From NCBI GenBank assembly GCA_964428335.1, contig CAYRXW010000003.1, positions 54,246 to 118,245 on the forward strand: DNA of 64,000 nt, read 5' to 3'. Below the pieces are notes generated by a model that was given only the letters and a program-made list of their open reading frames with translations, had not been told where the DNA came from and searched no databases. The stretch is from an uncultured Methanosarcinales archaeon (GTDB lineage: Archaea > Nanobdellota > Nanobdellia > Woesearchaeales > GW2011-AR15). Position 1 is the first letter of the stretch, and each line of letters starts with the position of its first letter. Positions 19,445-29,974 of the stretch are shown in pieces. The position numbers and the translations under genes are program-made.

Positions 19445-20365
19445 TTAGTTAGTGTCTTTATTCGTATAAAATTCTACCATAATCGGATAATGGTCTGAAA
19501 CATCAACAGTTAACTCACTGTCTAGTTCATATTCTTCATCGAATCTAAATATCCTATACTTACCAACATAATCCTCCATTGTTTCTTTTGTAACAATAAT
19601 TCTATCATATGTGCAATCTGTTGATTTTGTTGTTGTGTCCTCATCATTAGGTATTAATTGAATGTAGGTTTCTTCATCTAATGGAATATTATCTTCATCT
19701 AAATAAGTACAATCAGCATTTAGGTCACCTAGTATAATGTAATCTTCTTCACCTTCAAAATGAGTTCTAGCATCATTTACTACTTCATCCAGAACAGCAA
19801 TTTCATTTTCTGCATCCTCTGGTTTGATGTGATTGTTAATCATAACGAAGTCAAAGCTGCCTGATTTAAATTGTGCAACTAATGGCTCTCTTTCAAAGTC
19901 ATCATTGGTATCTTCATATACATAAGCAGAATCTTCAATATACTGTATGTTATTTGTCTTATAGATGATTGCATAATTTTCTTTGCTACTACTTCTTCCT
20001 AATCTTGGACTCATAATAAAATCATAAGTGGAGTTTTCACACAGTCCATTAATGGCATCTACATATATTTCAGCAGTTGTTTCTGTATCATCTCTTAGTT
20101 CTTGGATAGCCAATACATCAAAGTTACATGCGATGTTAGTTAAAATATCCATAACGTCTTCTTTTTCTCTTTTACTTTCACCAAATATTTGAATGTTAAA
20201 ACTACCAACTATAATGGTTTTATTAGATTGAGTCTTATTCGTTTCAGCAACAACATTGCCATTATATGGTTCAGGTTGTGAATAATAAAAAAAGGCTGCA
20301 ATTATGAGTATGAGAATAATTAGTATAAAAAAGATAATAATTAACCTTTTGGTTTTCTTACGCAT
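19445..20365 (-). CDS. secreted/membrane-anchored endonuclease-exonuclease-phosphatase (EEP) family nuclease
   Basis: N-terminal TM; VGSFNIQIFGESK, DVLAIQEL, GDLNAD, SDHYPIMVEF are the EEP catalytic blocks. Confidence 0.7.
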   Translation of the reverse strand: MRKKTKRLIIIFFILIILILIIAAFFYYSQPEPYNGNVVAETNKTQSNKTIIVGSFNIQIFGESKREKEDVMDILTNIACNFDVLAIQELRDDTETTAEIYVDAINGLCENSTYDFIMSPRLGRSSSKENYAIIYKTNNIQYIEDSAYVYEDTNDDFEREPLVAQFKSGSFDFVMINNHIKPEDAENEIAVLDEVVNDARTHFEGEEDYIILGDLNADCTYLDEDNIPLDEETYIQLIPNDEDTTTKSTDCTYDRIIVTKETMEDYVGKYRIFRFDEEYELDSELTVDVSDHYPIMVEFYTNKDTN

Positions 20366-20425
20366 GATAGTATATTCAGTTAGCCAAGTTTATATAAATT
20401 TCTGAAAGAAAGATAGTTTAATAGA

Positions 20426-20767
20426 CTAATATTCTTCTGGTAACATTAAAGTAAATCTTCCTGTGGAATTCTGAGCAATGAACATCTTTTGTTTTTCTCC
20501 ATTTGGAAGCTCAATAATACCACTATAGAACCAATCTTCCTTGTTGGCTTTTTTAACTATTATACCTGCTTGATTTATCAAATCAATTAGATTAGGTATG
20601 CTGACTTTATCTTCCTTTACATAGCCTAGATTAATGAGTCCGATGGTTGCGTAATTAAACATGCAATCTTTCCATTCTTTCCTAATTGCTAACAAATCAA
20701 CTAAAATCCCATCTTCTACTGCATCTTTTTCTGTATATTTGTAGATATAATCATCGTCGCTAAACAT
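20426..20767 (-). CDS. hypothetical protein
   Basis: 113-aa ORF. Confidence 0.3.
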   Translation of the reverse strand: MFSDDDYIYKYTEKDAVEDGILVDLLAIRKEWKDCMFNYATIGLINLGYVKEDKVSIPNLIDLINQAGIIVKKANKEDWFYSGIIELPNGEKQKMFIAQNSTGRFTLMLPEEY

Positions 20768-20848
20768 ACTAATTATAATCCCTAGCTTATATATAAAACG
20801 TTTGAGAAAATATGCAACTTTATCGTCTAAAACAATGAATAATATATC

Positions 20849-21115
20849 TTACTCAGAAAGTTTCTTTAAGATTTCCTTACCTATATCAGTAGCAATATAC
20901 AATCTTCCTCTTTTTTGAGAAGGTGTAAGGCATTTAATAATCTCTTCCTCTTCAAGTTGAGACAATGCTCTAGAAATATTGGAATCTGATTTTTTTAATG
21001 CTGTTACAATCTCTTTAGGTGTTTTTTCATTTATTAAAAGCTTCAAAACCTCAGTCCTATTAGGTGAGCTAATTACATAGGAGTATTTTTCCCAATTCAT
21101 ATCCTTGTAAGCCAC
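20849..21115 (-). CDS. winged-HTH transcriptional regulator (ArsR/MarR-like)
   Basis: 88 aa, LKLLINEKTPKEIVTALKKSDSNISRALSQLEEEEII. Confidence 0.5.
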   Translation of the reverse strand: MAYKDMNWEKYSYVISSPNRTEVLKLLINEKTPKEIVTALKKSDSNISRALSQLEEEEIIKCLTPSQKRGRLYIATDIGKEILKKLSE

Positions 21116-21165
21116 AAACTATAAATATACATTTACCTATCATTTAATTATCATATATTTATCAG

Positions 21166-21534
21166 ATGAAGAAAGAACTACTATACTTCGGATTAGGTAT
21201 CTCTGTTTGTATAATAATAATATTTTTTATTGCTATTTTTTCAAATACAACTGGCAAATTTATTGGGAATCCTGAAATTCCAAATAATCAACCTAAAAGC
21301 ACAAAAGTATGTGAACCTTTTAGAGAAACAATTGGATTTTCTTGTAATGCAATGAATCCATGTCCTATTATAGGATATCAGCCTACAGACTGTAAAAGAG
21401 TTTTATATCAAGAGTGCTTAAACAATCAATGTGTCACAAAAGCACTTGATGTTTTATGTAATTTTCCTTCTGATTGTACTAGTAGATATTGTATTACAGA
21501 TTCAAGTAATCCAAGGAATAATAGATGTTCCTAA
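21166..21534 (+). CDS. secreted cysteine-rich small protein
   Basis: Signal/TM at the N-terminus, 12 Cys in about 90 mature residues. Confidence 0.4.
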   Translation: MKKELLYFGLGISVCIIIIFFIAIFSNTTGKFIGNPEIPNNQPKSTKVCEPFRETIGFSCNAMNPCPIIGYQPTDCKRVLYQECLNNQCVTKALDVLCNFPSDCTSRYCITDSSNPRNNRCS

Positions 21535-21543
21535 ATTTATAAT

Positions 21544-21795
21544 TTACTCAAATCGATTCCAACATTTTTCAGAACAAAAAGCATTAGGTTTCATATCATC
21601 ATCTATAAGAATAATTTTTTCATTATTTAGTTTCTTTTTACATATCTTACATTTCCTTATCTTATCTCCTTTAAGGCTTAAACTTTTGATTTCTTCAATA
21701 ATCTTATTATAACAAACCGCATTACATACAATAAGACCTCTGTAAGCATACGTTCTACTCAATTTTCTTTTGCAAGAGCCACATTGATATTTCAT
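21544..21795 (-). CDS. zinc-finger (CxxC x2-3) small protein
   Basis: CGSCKRK...CNAVC...CKICKKK...CSEKC. Confidence 0.4.
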   Translation of the reverse strand: MKYQCGSCKRKLSRTYAYRGLIVCNAVCYNKIIEEIKSLSLKGDKIRKCKICKKKLNNEKIILIDDDMKPNAFCSEKCWNRFE

Positions 21796-21810
21796 TTTAA
21801 ATAGAAAAAA

Positions 21811-22062
21811 TTACTTAGAAGGTTGTTCTAAGTTCAATGAAAAGTAAATACCATCTTCTTTCTGTTCCCTAACTAACAAGCTTCGCTTGGTTAAATGGTA
21901 ACAATATGGTCCATAATTAGCTCCAAGCTCCTTTGCTATAGCGTTTCGTTTGACTGTATTTCCTTTCTTGGCAATGAATTCTATCAATTCTTGCCCTTTT
22001 TTAGAGACCTTGATGGGTCTTTTTAGCTCTTTGCTAAAACTCAATTTTTGGTTTGTTTTCAT
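21811..22062 (-). CDS. small HTH DNA-binding protein
   Basis: 83 aa, ELIEFIAKKGNTVKRNAIAKELG. Confidence 0.4.
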   Translation of the reverse strand: MKTNQKLSFSKELKRPIKVSKKGQELIEFIAKKGNTVKRNAIAKELGANYGPYCYHLTKRSLLVREQKEDGIYFSLNLEQPSK

Positions 22063-22214
22063 GCTTCATACCTCGTTTAGTTTTATTTACTTATAAGTAA
22101 TAAATACCCAGAAACCATTTATATAGTTGTAGGTCTTTCAAGAGATAGAATGTAAGATGTAGAGAGAAATCAAATACCCTAAACTATAAATTTGCACTCA
22201 AATTACACTGCCAT

Positions 22215-23159
22215 ATGGAACCAAAAATAGATGATACTTATGATGATGTAAAAGAAATTGATACTATCAATACTAAAAGAACCATCGACCCTTCAACTAT
22301 TGATGCATATATTAAGACTTATAATTTAATAGGTCAAAGGGTAAATGATAAGGAAGTAGTTCCAGAACTAGCCAAAGAGGTAATTATAAGTGAATGGATT
22401 TCCATTAGAAACTGGATGATGATTCCACCTAAGGATTGTACTACTAAAGACCAAGCAATGAAGTCTCCTTATCCAAATATTTGGTTTTCAATATATAATG
22501 ACATGAAAGAAATGAATTGTGGGTTACATTGGGCACAAAGTCCTTCTGTTAATAATTTTCTTAACTTGTTAGATTCCTTAAACTCTAGTTATAGGGATAA
22601 GTTACAAAAAGTATTTTCTCAATTTAAAAATGATTATGATATAACTACAGAAAAAAAGTTTCTAAAAAAAGGAATGAATCCAAGTGCACCAGCAGAGTTT
22701 ATCACCGTAGATAAATGGAAATTAAGTGATTTTGGAGATAATGTTGTAAAGGAATTACTTATCTCTATAGAAAAAATAAGAATAGAAGGTAAGAACATGA
22801 GATTAATGAATGAGGTAGAGTGGTGTGTTCCTACAATAGAAATTGCAGGTAAGTCCATGAATGCAAATGATTACGAGACCTTAATCTCTCACATACAAGA
22901 TTTTATTGCAATACAAAGAATTACACATGAAACACTTACAGTAACACAACTTAATAAGATAAGAAGAAATTTAGAAAAAGAATTTGATTATGATGGGATA
23001 AAAAAAAGATATGACCAACTTATTCTACTTTATAATTTGAAGAAGCTGACTTCCGAGTTATTTTCAATGAAAGTTGAAGAGATTAATGTGGAAATTACAA
23101 ATTATAACCTAGCCTTCAATAAAAATTATCCATTATTGGAAGTAAAAGTACCTGAATAA
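22215..23159 (+). CDS. hypothetical protein (element cargo)
   Basis: 314-aa ORF, no motif recognised. Confidence 0.35.
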   Translation: MEPKIDDTYDDVKEIDTINTKRTIDPSTIDAYIKTYNLIGQRVNDKEVVPELAKEVIISEWISIRNWMMIPPKDCTTKDQAMKSPYPNIWFSIYNDMKEMNCGLHWAQSPSVNNFLNLLDSLNSSYRDKLQKVFSQFKNDYDITTEKKFLKKGMNPSAPAEFITVDKWKLSDFGDNVVKELLISIEKIRIEGKNMRLMNEVEWCVPTIEIAGKSMNANDYETLISHIQDFIAIQRITHETLTVTQLNKIRRNLEKEFDYDGIKKRYDQLILLYNLKKLTSELFSMKVEEINVEITNYNLAFNKNYPLLEVKVPE

Positions 23160-23229
23160 AGAAAAGCTTGTAATTGTGAAAGAAATCTAGAAGCAAGATT
23201 TATAAAGAAAAAGGTTTATATGAGTTCAT

Positions 23230-23376
23230 ATGGGGCGAAAGACGGTAGCTTTAAGCGTAAATGCTGAAATCTATGATATGTACAAGGCATTCTGTGAAGA
23301 GAATTCCATAATACTTTCTCGTAAGTTTGATGCTTTTATGAAAAAGGAATTACAGAAGGCAGGTAAACATGAATAA
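23230..23376 (+). CDS. small ribbon-helix-helix protein overlapping the hsdR start (candidate controller of the RM operon)
   Basis: 48 aa [48 protein letters not shown]; RHH-like beta strand plus two helices; stop overlaps hsdR ATG by 8 nt; below the 60-aa track cutoff. Confidence 0.45.
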   Translation: MGRKTVALSVNAEIYDMYKAFCEENSIILSRKFDAFMKKELQKAGKHE

Positions 23377-25699
23377 GAAAGACCTAACTGAAACAGACAT
23401 ATGTACAAAATACATTACGCCTGCAATAGTTCATGCTGGATGGAATTTGCAAGGTCAAATACGACAAGAAGTATTTTTTACAAATGGAAGAATTATAATT
23501 AATGGAGATAAGGTCACGAGAGGAGAAAAGAAAAGAGCAGACTATATTCTCTACTATAAACCAAACATACCTATCGCAATTATTGAAGCAAAAGACAATA
23601 ATCACTCTGTTGGTGCAGGTCTTCAACAAGGGTTAGGTTATGGTGAAACATTGGACTTACCTTTTGTTTTTAGTTCTAACGGAGATGCTTTCATAGAACA
23701 TGATAGAACTGGAACTTCAAAAAAGGTTGAAAAAGAATTGTCTTTAACAGAATTTCCTAAACCCGAAGAGCTTTGGGAAAGATACAAAAAATGGAAAGGA
23801 ATAAGCACAAAAGAAGAGACTATTATTACTCAAGATTATCATATGGGTGCTACAACTAATAAGCCAAGATATTATCAAGAAATAGCAATTAACAGAACTG
23901 TTGAAGCAATAGCAAAAGGTCAAGATAGAATTTTATTAGTTATGGCAACAGGCACAGGAAAAACATTTGTTGCATCACAAATAATCTACAAGTTATGGAA
24001 ATCTAAAGCTAAGAAAAGAATATTATTTTTAGCCGATAGAAATATTCTTATCGACCAAACAAAGAATAATGATTTTAAGATTTTCAAAGGAGCTATGACT
24101 AAGATATCCCATAGAAAAATCGATAAATCATACGAAATTTATTTAGCTCTTTATCAAGGAATGACTGGAGAAGATGATTTGAAAAATATCTATAAAGAAT
24201 TCTCAAAAGATTTCTTCGACCTAATAGTAATAGATGAGTGTCATAGAGGAAGTGCATCTGCGGACTCTGCATGGAGAGAAATATTAACCTATTTCAAAGA
24301 TGCTACGCAAATAGGATTAACTGCGACACCTAAGGAAACAAAAGAAATATCTAATTCAGATTATTTCAGAGAACCAATTTACACATACTCGCTAAAACAA
24401 GGTATTGACGACGGATTCTTAGCACCTTATAGAGTTATCAGAATATCTTTAGATAAAGATGTTGAAGGATGGAGACCAACAAAAGGTAAAAAGGATAAAT
24501 ACGGAAACCTAGTTCCTGATAGAGTTTACAATTCTAAAGATTTTGATAGAGATTTAGTTATTGACGAAAGAACGACCCTTGTCGCTAAAAAAGTAACTGA
24601 ATTCTTAAAAAATACTGATAGAATGGACAAAACTATTGTGTTCTGCATAGATATAGACCATGCTGAAAGAATGAGGATGGCACTAGCAAATTATAATTCT
24701 GATTTAGTTTCAAAAGATGTTAGGTATGTAATGAAGATTACAGGTGATGATGATATTGGCAAAAAACAATTAGACAATTTCATAGACCCTTCTAGTAAAT
24801 ATCCTGTGATTGCAACAACTTCCAAATTAATGACAACGGGTGTTGATGCACAAACTTGTAAACTGATAGTTCTAGATTCAAATATTCAATCGATGACAGA
24901 ATTTAAACAGATAATTGGAAGAGGAACAAGAATAAGAGAAGATTATGGAAAATACTATTTTACTATCATGGATTTTAGACAAGTAACAAATCTATTTGCA
25001 GACCCTGATTTCGATGGAGACCCAGTTCAAATATACGAACCAGACCCTGATGAAGTTCTAAAACTACCAGAGATTAATGAAGCTGAAAAGATTTACGCTT
25101 TACCTATTGACCAAATAAAGATTTCTGAAGCTAAAGAAACTCCACGAAAATATTATGTGAATAATGTTCAAGTTTCAGTCTTAAATGAGAGAATACAATA
25201 TTATGATAAGAATGGAAAATTAATTACTGAATCTTTGAAAGACTTCAGCAAAAAATCAATCAAGAAAGAATACTCTTCACTTAATAACTTCATTCAGAAA
25301 TGGAATAGCACTGATAAAAAATCAGTAATTATAGATGAATTAACCAATCAAGGCGTATTACTTCACGAACTTAAAAAAGAAGTTGGAAAAGAGTTTGATG
25401 AGTTTGATTTGATATGTCATGTTGCTTTTGATAAGAAACCATTGACGAGAAAGGAAAGAGCAAACAATGTCAAGAAACGAAACTATTTCACAAATTATGG
25501 TGAAAAAGCAAAAGCAGTTCTAAACGCACTTCTAGATAAATATGCAGATGAAGGACTGGAAAATATCGAAGATATAAGCGTATTAAAAGTAAATCCTTTT
25601 ACGAAGTTTGGAACTCCGATTGAGATAATCAGAGCGTTTGGTGGAAAAGAGAAATACCATGACGCATTAATAGAATTAGAGCAGGAATTATATGCTTAA
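23369..25699 (+). CDS. hsdR: type I restriction enzyme R subunit
   Basis: VMATGTGKT Walker [11 protein letters not shown] (DEAH box), 776 aa. Confidence 0.9.
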   Translation: MNKKDLTETDICTKYITPAIVHAGWNLQGQIRQEVFFTNGRIIINGDKVTRGEKKRADYILYYKPNIPIAIIEAKDNNHSVGAGLQQGLGYGETLDLPFVFSSNGDAFIEHDRTGTSKKVEKELSLTEFPKPEELWERYKKWKGISTKEETIITQDYHMGATTNKPRYYQEIAINRTVEAIAKGQDRILLVMATGTGKTFVASQIIYKLWKSKAKKRILFLADRNILIDQTKNNDFKIFKGAMTKISHRKIDKSYEIYLALYQGMTGEDDLKNIYKEFSKDFFDLIVIDECHRGSASADSAWREILTYFKDATQIGLTATPKETKEISNSDYFREPIYTYSLKQGIDDGFLAPYRVIRISLDKDVEGWRPTKGKKDKYGNLVPDRVYNSKDFDRDLVIDERTTLVAKKVTEFLKNTDRMDKTIVFCIDIDHAERMRMALANYNSDLVSKDVRYVMKITGDDDIGKKQLDNFIDPSSKYPVIATTSKLMTTGVDAQTCKLIVLDSNIQSMTEFKQIIGRGTRIREDYGKYYFTIMDFRQVTNLFADPDFDGDPVQIYEPDPDEVLKLPEINEAEKIYALPIDQIKISEAKETPRKYYVNNVQVSVLNERIQYYDKNGKLITESLKDFSKKSIKKEYSSLNNFIQKWNSTDKKSVIIDELTNQGVLLHELKKEVGKEFDEFDLICHVAFDKKPLTRKERANNVKKRNYFTNYGEKAKAVLNALLDKYADEGLENIEDISVLKVNPFTKFGTPIEIIRAFGGKEKYHDALIELEQELYA

Positions 25700-25708
25700 G
25701 AGGGAAAA

Positions 25709-27139
25709 ATGTCTATATCAGCAACAATAAAAACAATTCAAGACATCATGCGAAAAGATGCGGGTGTAGATGGAGATGCACAAAGAATCTCACAAATAGT
25801 GTGGATGATATTTCTAAAAGTATTTGATGACAAAGAGAAAGAATGGGAATTAGAAGAGAAATACAAATCAGCAATACCAGAAAAATTAAGATGGAGAAAC
25901 TGGGCATCAGATTCTGAAGGAATTACGGGAGAAGAACTGCTTGACTTTATAAATAATGAATTATTCAAAAAACTCAAGAATCTTTCTATAACAAAAGAAG
26001 ATAATCCAAGAGGATTTATTGTTAGAGAAGTTTTTGAAGATGCTTATAATTATATGAAATCCGGCACTTTAATAAGACAAGTAGTCAATAAATTAAATGA
26101 AGTAGATTTTAACAAAACAGAAGACAGACACCTATTCAATGATATCTATGAAAATATTCTAAAAGACTTACAAAGTGCAGGAAATGCGGGAGAATATTAC
26201 ACACCAAGAGCTGTAACTCAATTCATAGTTGATATGGTGAATCCTAAACTAGGAGAAAAGATTCTCGACCCTGCATGTGGAACTGGTGGATTTTTAATCT
26301 GTAGTTTAGAACATTTAAAAAAACAAATAAAAAATATAGATGATAGAAAAAAAGTTCAAAAGAATCTAAATGGTATTGAAAAAAAGCCATTACCTCATTT
26401 ACTATGCACTACTAATTTGATATTGCACGATGTAGAATTGCCAAATATAAGGCACGACAACTCTTTAGCAAGACCCTTGAGAGATTATAACTCTTCAGAT
26501 ATGGTTGATGTGGTTGTAACGAATCCTCCTTTTGGAGGAGCAGAAGAAGAAGGAATTGAATTTAACTTCCCTACTGGTTTTAGAACAAGAGAAACAGCTG
26601 ATTTATTTTTACAACTAATAATGAAACTTCTTCGTGATGGAGGTAGATGTGGCATTGTATTGCCTGATGGCGGTATTTTATCAGGTGATGGTGTTGAAAA
26701 AAATATTCGAGAGAAATTATTAAATGAGTTTAACCTTCATACTATTGTAAGATTACCAAATGGTGTCTTTAATCCATATACGGGTATTAAAACTAATCTT
26801 TTATTTTTTGAAAAAGGAAAACAAACTAAAGATATTTGGTATTTTGAACACCCACTGCCTGAAGGATATAAAACATACAATAAAGGGAAACCAATTCAAA
26901 TCAAAGAATTTGATTTAGAAAAGGAATGGTGGAATAATCGAACTGATGAGAAATTTAGCAAATATTGTTGGAAAGTTAGTGTAATTGATTTAAAAAATTT
27001 CAATCTTGATATTAAAAATCCAAATTTCACAGTAAAAAGTCATGATATGACTGCTTCAGAAATTATTTCTGCTTTAATAACTTCATTTGACAAAAGTAAA
27101 GATTTGGTAAACAAGATTAAAGGGGAAATAAGACGATGA
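25709..27139 (+). CDS. hsdM: type I restriction-modification M subunit (N6-adenine MTase)
   Basis: DPACGTGGFL motif I and VVTNPPFGG motif IV. Confidence 0.9.
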   Translation: MSISATIKTIQDIMRKDAGVDGDAQRISQIVWMIFLKVFDDKEKEWELEEKYKSAIPEKLRWRNWASDSEGITGEELLDFINNELFKKLKNLSITKEDNPRGFIVREVFEDAYNYMKSGTLIRQVVNKLNEVDFNKTEDRHLFNDIYENILKDLQSAGNAGEYYTPRAVTQFIVDMVNPKLGEKILDPACGTGGFLICSLEHLKKQIKNIDDRKKVQKNLNGIEKKPLPHLLCTTNLILHDVELPNIRHDNSLARPLRDYNSSDMVDVVVTNPPFGGAEEEGIEFNFPTGFRTRETADLFLQLIMKLLRDGGRCGIVLPDGGILSGDGVEKNIREKLLNEFNLHTIVRLPNGVFNPYTGIKTNLLFFEKGKQTKDIWYFEHPLPEGYKTYNKGKPIQIKEFDLEKEWWNNRTDEKFSKYCWKVSVIDLKNFNLDIKNPNFTVKSHDMTASEIISALITSFDKSKDLVNKIKGEIRR

Positions 27140-28425
27140 GTACATGGAAAAAGTACAAATTGGGCGATTTGATTACTGAATCTAAGATACTTTCAATTAA
27201 CTCAAACCCTGATAAAAGGATAACCGTTAAGCTAAATCTAAAAGGTGTTGAAAAGAGACCGATATCGAATGATGTGGAAGGAGCTACTAAATATTATATT
27301 AGAAAAAAAGGTCAATTCATATATGGCAAACAAAATTTACACAAAGGTGCTTTTGGAATAATTCCATCAGAATTAGATGGTTATGAATCTAGTGCAGATA
27401 TCCCTGCATTTGATGTAAATCCAAAATGTAGACCTGAATGGATTCTTTATAATTTAAAAAAAGATGACTACTATTTAACTTTAGAGCAATTTGCCATTGG
27501 CAGAGGTTCAAGAAGAATTCATCCTCACCAAATTGAACATTTAGAGATACCCGTTCCACCAATAGCTGAACAAGATAAATTATTATTAAAACTATATGAT
27601 GTTGAAATCTTAAATGCTGAATTAAAAAATGAACAAAATAATCAAATAAAACTAATCTCATATTTTCGTCAAGCAATTATTACTGATGCAATTCTGGGAA
27701 AAATAGTTCCATCTGATTCTAAAGATGAAGATGCAAATGTATTGCTTAAAAAAATTAAGGCTGAAAATAAACTTGAACCTGTTCTTGAAAAAGAAGTGCC
27801 GTATCAAATTCCACCTTCTTGGAAATGGGTTAGATTGGGAGAAATCTGTGATAAAATAGGTTCTGGTAGTACTCCTCGTGGTGGAAAAGAAGTATACAAA
27901 TCAAGTGGAATTAAATTTATTCGTTCACAAAATGTTTACAATGAAGGATTAGTTTTTGAAAATGTGGCCTACATCGATAATTCTATTCATATTAAAATGG
28001 CTGGAACAAAAGTTATTCCTAATGATATTTTATTAAATATAACTGGTGGTTCAATTGGAAGATGTGCTTTAGTTTCTTCTGATTTTGATGAAGCAAATGT
28101 AAGTCAGCACGTTACAATCATTAGACTTAAACAAGGTTTGATAAATCGATTTATACATTTAGTTATTTTATCATCTTACTTTCAGAATAAGATAATGGCG
28201 GTTCAGACAGGTGGGAACAGAGAAGGATTAGCGAAAAAGAATATGCAAATGATGTTGATTCCTCTTCCACCAATTGTTGAACAGCAACGCATTATTAAAA
28301 GAGTAAATCAATTAATGGAATTTTGCGATGAGCTTGAATCTCAAGTTAAGAATAGTCAAAAAAATTCTGAATGGTTAGTAGGTGCGGTCTTAAAAGAAGC
28401 ATTTAATGAGGGGTTTGTTGCATAA
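27136..28425 (+). CDS. hsdS: type I restriction-modification S subunit
   Basis: Two target-recognition domains separated by conserved helical repeats (EQDKLLLKLYDVE... and EQQRIIKRVNQLMEFCDELE); overlaps hsdM by 4 nt. Confidence 0.85.
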   Translation: MSTWKKYKLGDLITESKILSINSNPDKRITVKLNLKGVEKRPISNDVEGATKYYIRKKGQFIYGKQNLHKGAFGIIPSELDGYESSADIPAFDVNPKCRPEWILYNLKKDDYYLTLEQFAIGRGSRRIHPHQIEHLEIPVPPIAEQDKLLLKLYDVEILNAELKNEQNNQIKLISYFRQAIITDAILGKIVPSDSKDEDANVLLKKIKAENKLEPVLEKEVPYQIPPSWKWVRLGEICDKIGSGSTPRGGKEVYKSSGIKFIRSQNVYNEGLVFENVAYIDNSIHIKMAGTKVIPNDILLNITGGSIGRCALVSSDFDEANVSQHVTIIRLKQGLINRFIHLVILSSYFQNKIMAVQTGGNREGLAKKNMQMMLIPLPPIVEQQRIIKRVNQLMEFCDELESQVKNSQKNSEWLVGAVLKEAFNEGFVA

Positions 28426-29375
28426 TGGTTGCCAAAGGAAAATCTTTTGAGAAGCAGACAGAACTGTTCTTTAGAGAGTTCTTTGAAGGAATAGGTTATC
28501 TCGTTGTTGAAATAAGAGTTCAGAAAGCGGGAACTCAATATGGTTTTGATGTTCTAGTTAGAATTTTAGATGAGAATAATGTTGAAAGAAAGATACATTT
28601 AGAATGTAAAGATTACTCTGTCTCTCTTGATTGGAAAGAATTTTTAGATAAAATAGTTCAACTAGACGCATCTGCTTATGTTCCAGATATATTTATAGGA
28701 CTATCTCCCAAGGCAAGCGTAAGTAATGTTAACCATAGCAGTTTAGAAAACTTAAGAACAAAATTAAGATTTCCAATAAGATTATGGTCTCCTGATACTA
28801 AACTTGAAGAACTATTTGCAATAAATGAAACAGTTTATCCATTAATATATGGAACTGCCAAAATTCCAACAGTAGATAAAATTAAACTTCTAAAAGATTA
28901 CAAAGTAATTATTAAAGCATTATTAGATGAAAAATTACTAATGGGTCTTACTAACAAGATAATAATTAACTGTGCAACTAAAGACCCAAAAGAAGATAAA
29001 TTTTTAAAAATTAATTTGGATAAGAAACTAGATGCGGTTTTTGATGAAAAAGACCCTGTCAGGATTGAATATCATAAGTTAAGATGCGATTATAAAATAT
29101 ATCTTGAAGAATTAGAAGATGTCAATAATGAACTCAGGACTAATATTATACGATGGCAAAACGACTTAAGATTAATGGCAGAAAGACTTACGAGAAAATT
29201 TAAAGATGATGTCAATTACACGCCAAAACAGTTTTTTAATGAATTTTTTACAGAAGCTGATAAACGACTCTATGTCTTTTTTAATAACGAGCATTATTCA
29301 GGAGATGTAGAGAAACTGCTTAATGGTATAATTTTCGAATTAGCGGCTGAATGCCCATTGGATTGGAAAAGATGA
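28425..29375 (+). CDS. Mrr-like PD-(D/E)xK nuclease-domain protein (candidate Lamassu LmuA-like effector)
   Basis: N-terminal GYLVVEIRVQKAGTQYGFDVLV...IHLECKDYS fits the restriction-endonuclease D...ExK pattern; start overlaps the hsdS stop (TAATG). Confidence 0.5.
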   Translation: MVAKGKSFEKQTELFFREFFEGIGYLVVEIRVQKAGTQYGFDVLVRILDENNVERKIHLECKDYSVSLDWKEFLDKIVQLDASAYVPDIFIGLSPKASVSNVNHSSLENLRTKLRFPIRLWSPDTKLEELFAINETVYPLIYGTAKIPTVDKIKLLKDYKVIIKALLDEKLLMGLTNKIIINCATKDPKEDKFLKINLDKKLDAVFDEKDPVRIEYHKLRCDYKIYLEELEDVNNELRTNIIRWQNDLRLMAERLTRKFKDDVNYTPKQFFNEFFTEADKRLYVFFNNEHYSGDVEKLLNGIIFELAAECPLDWKR

Positions 29376-29974
29376 TGGATACTCAGATAAATCAACTGAT
29401 AGAACGAATTGGAGAGAAACAACTCACTCCTTCTATTAATTTAGAGAGACCTATTTTTGTTCAACCAGAAGATTTGATTAAATACCGTGCATCAAGAATA
29501 ATCTTAATCTGTGGTATGATAAATACTAAAAATGGATTAAGTAGGGAAATTATATCCTGTGTAGATTTTCTTCTTAGAAATAGCGGATATCAAAAGAAGT
29601 TTATCATTGAGTATTTCAAAGACCAAAAGAACTTATTGGAAAAAATAAATAAATATACACCACAAAATAATGTGGAAACTGATTTTAATATCATTCAATA
29701 CAAAAGTGTGCCTTGGGACTTACGATTTAACGATATGTTTTTATTCTTGTATGTGAGAAAATTAGTACGATTCATGGGAGAAAAATCAAATCTACGAGTA
29801 TTTTTGACAGATACAGGTATGAATTACTTTGAAAATTTAAAAGACGTATTTTTAGATGAAGTTAACTTTTTAGAGATATTTGGCAAAAGATTAGATGAAG
29901 AAAAAACAAAAGAAATAATTACCCAAGTAATACCTAATGCGTATTGGCGAGAAAATGAGAAACTTAATTATTAA
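29351..29974 (+). CDS. hypothetical protein, middle gene of the three-gene module (LmuC-like position)
   Basis: 207 aa; overlaps both neighbours by 25 and 38 nt. Confidence 0.35.
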   Translation: MPIGLEKMMDTQINQLIERIGEKQLTPSINLERPIFVQPEDLIKYRASRIILICGMINTKNGLSREIISCVDFLLRNSGYQKKFIIEYFKDQKNLLEKINKYTPQNNVETDFNIIQYKSVPWDLRFNDMFLFLYVRKLVRFMGEKSNLRVFLTDTGMNYFENLKDVFLDEVNFLEIFGKRLDEEKTKEIITQVIPNAYWRENEKLNY

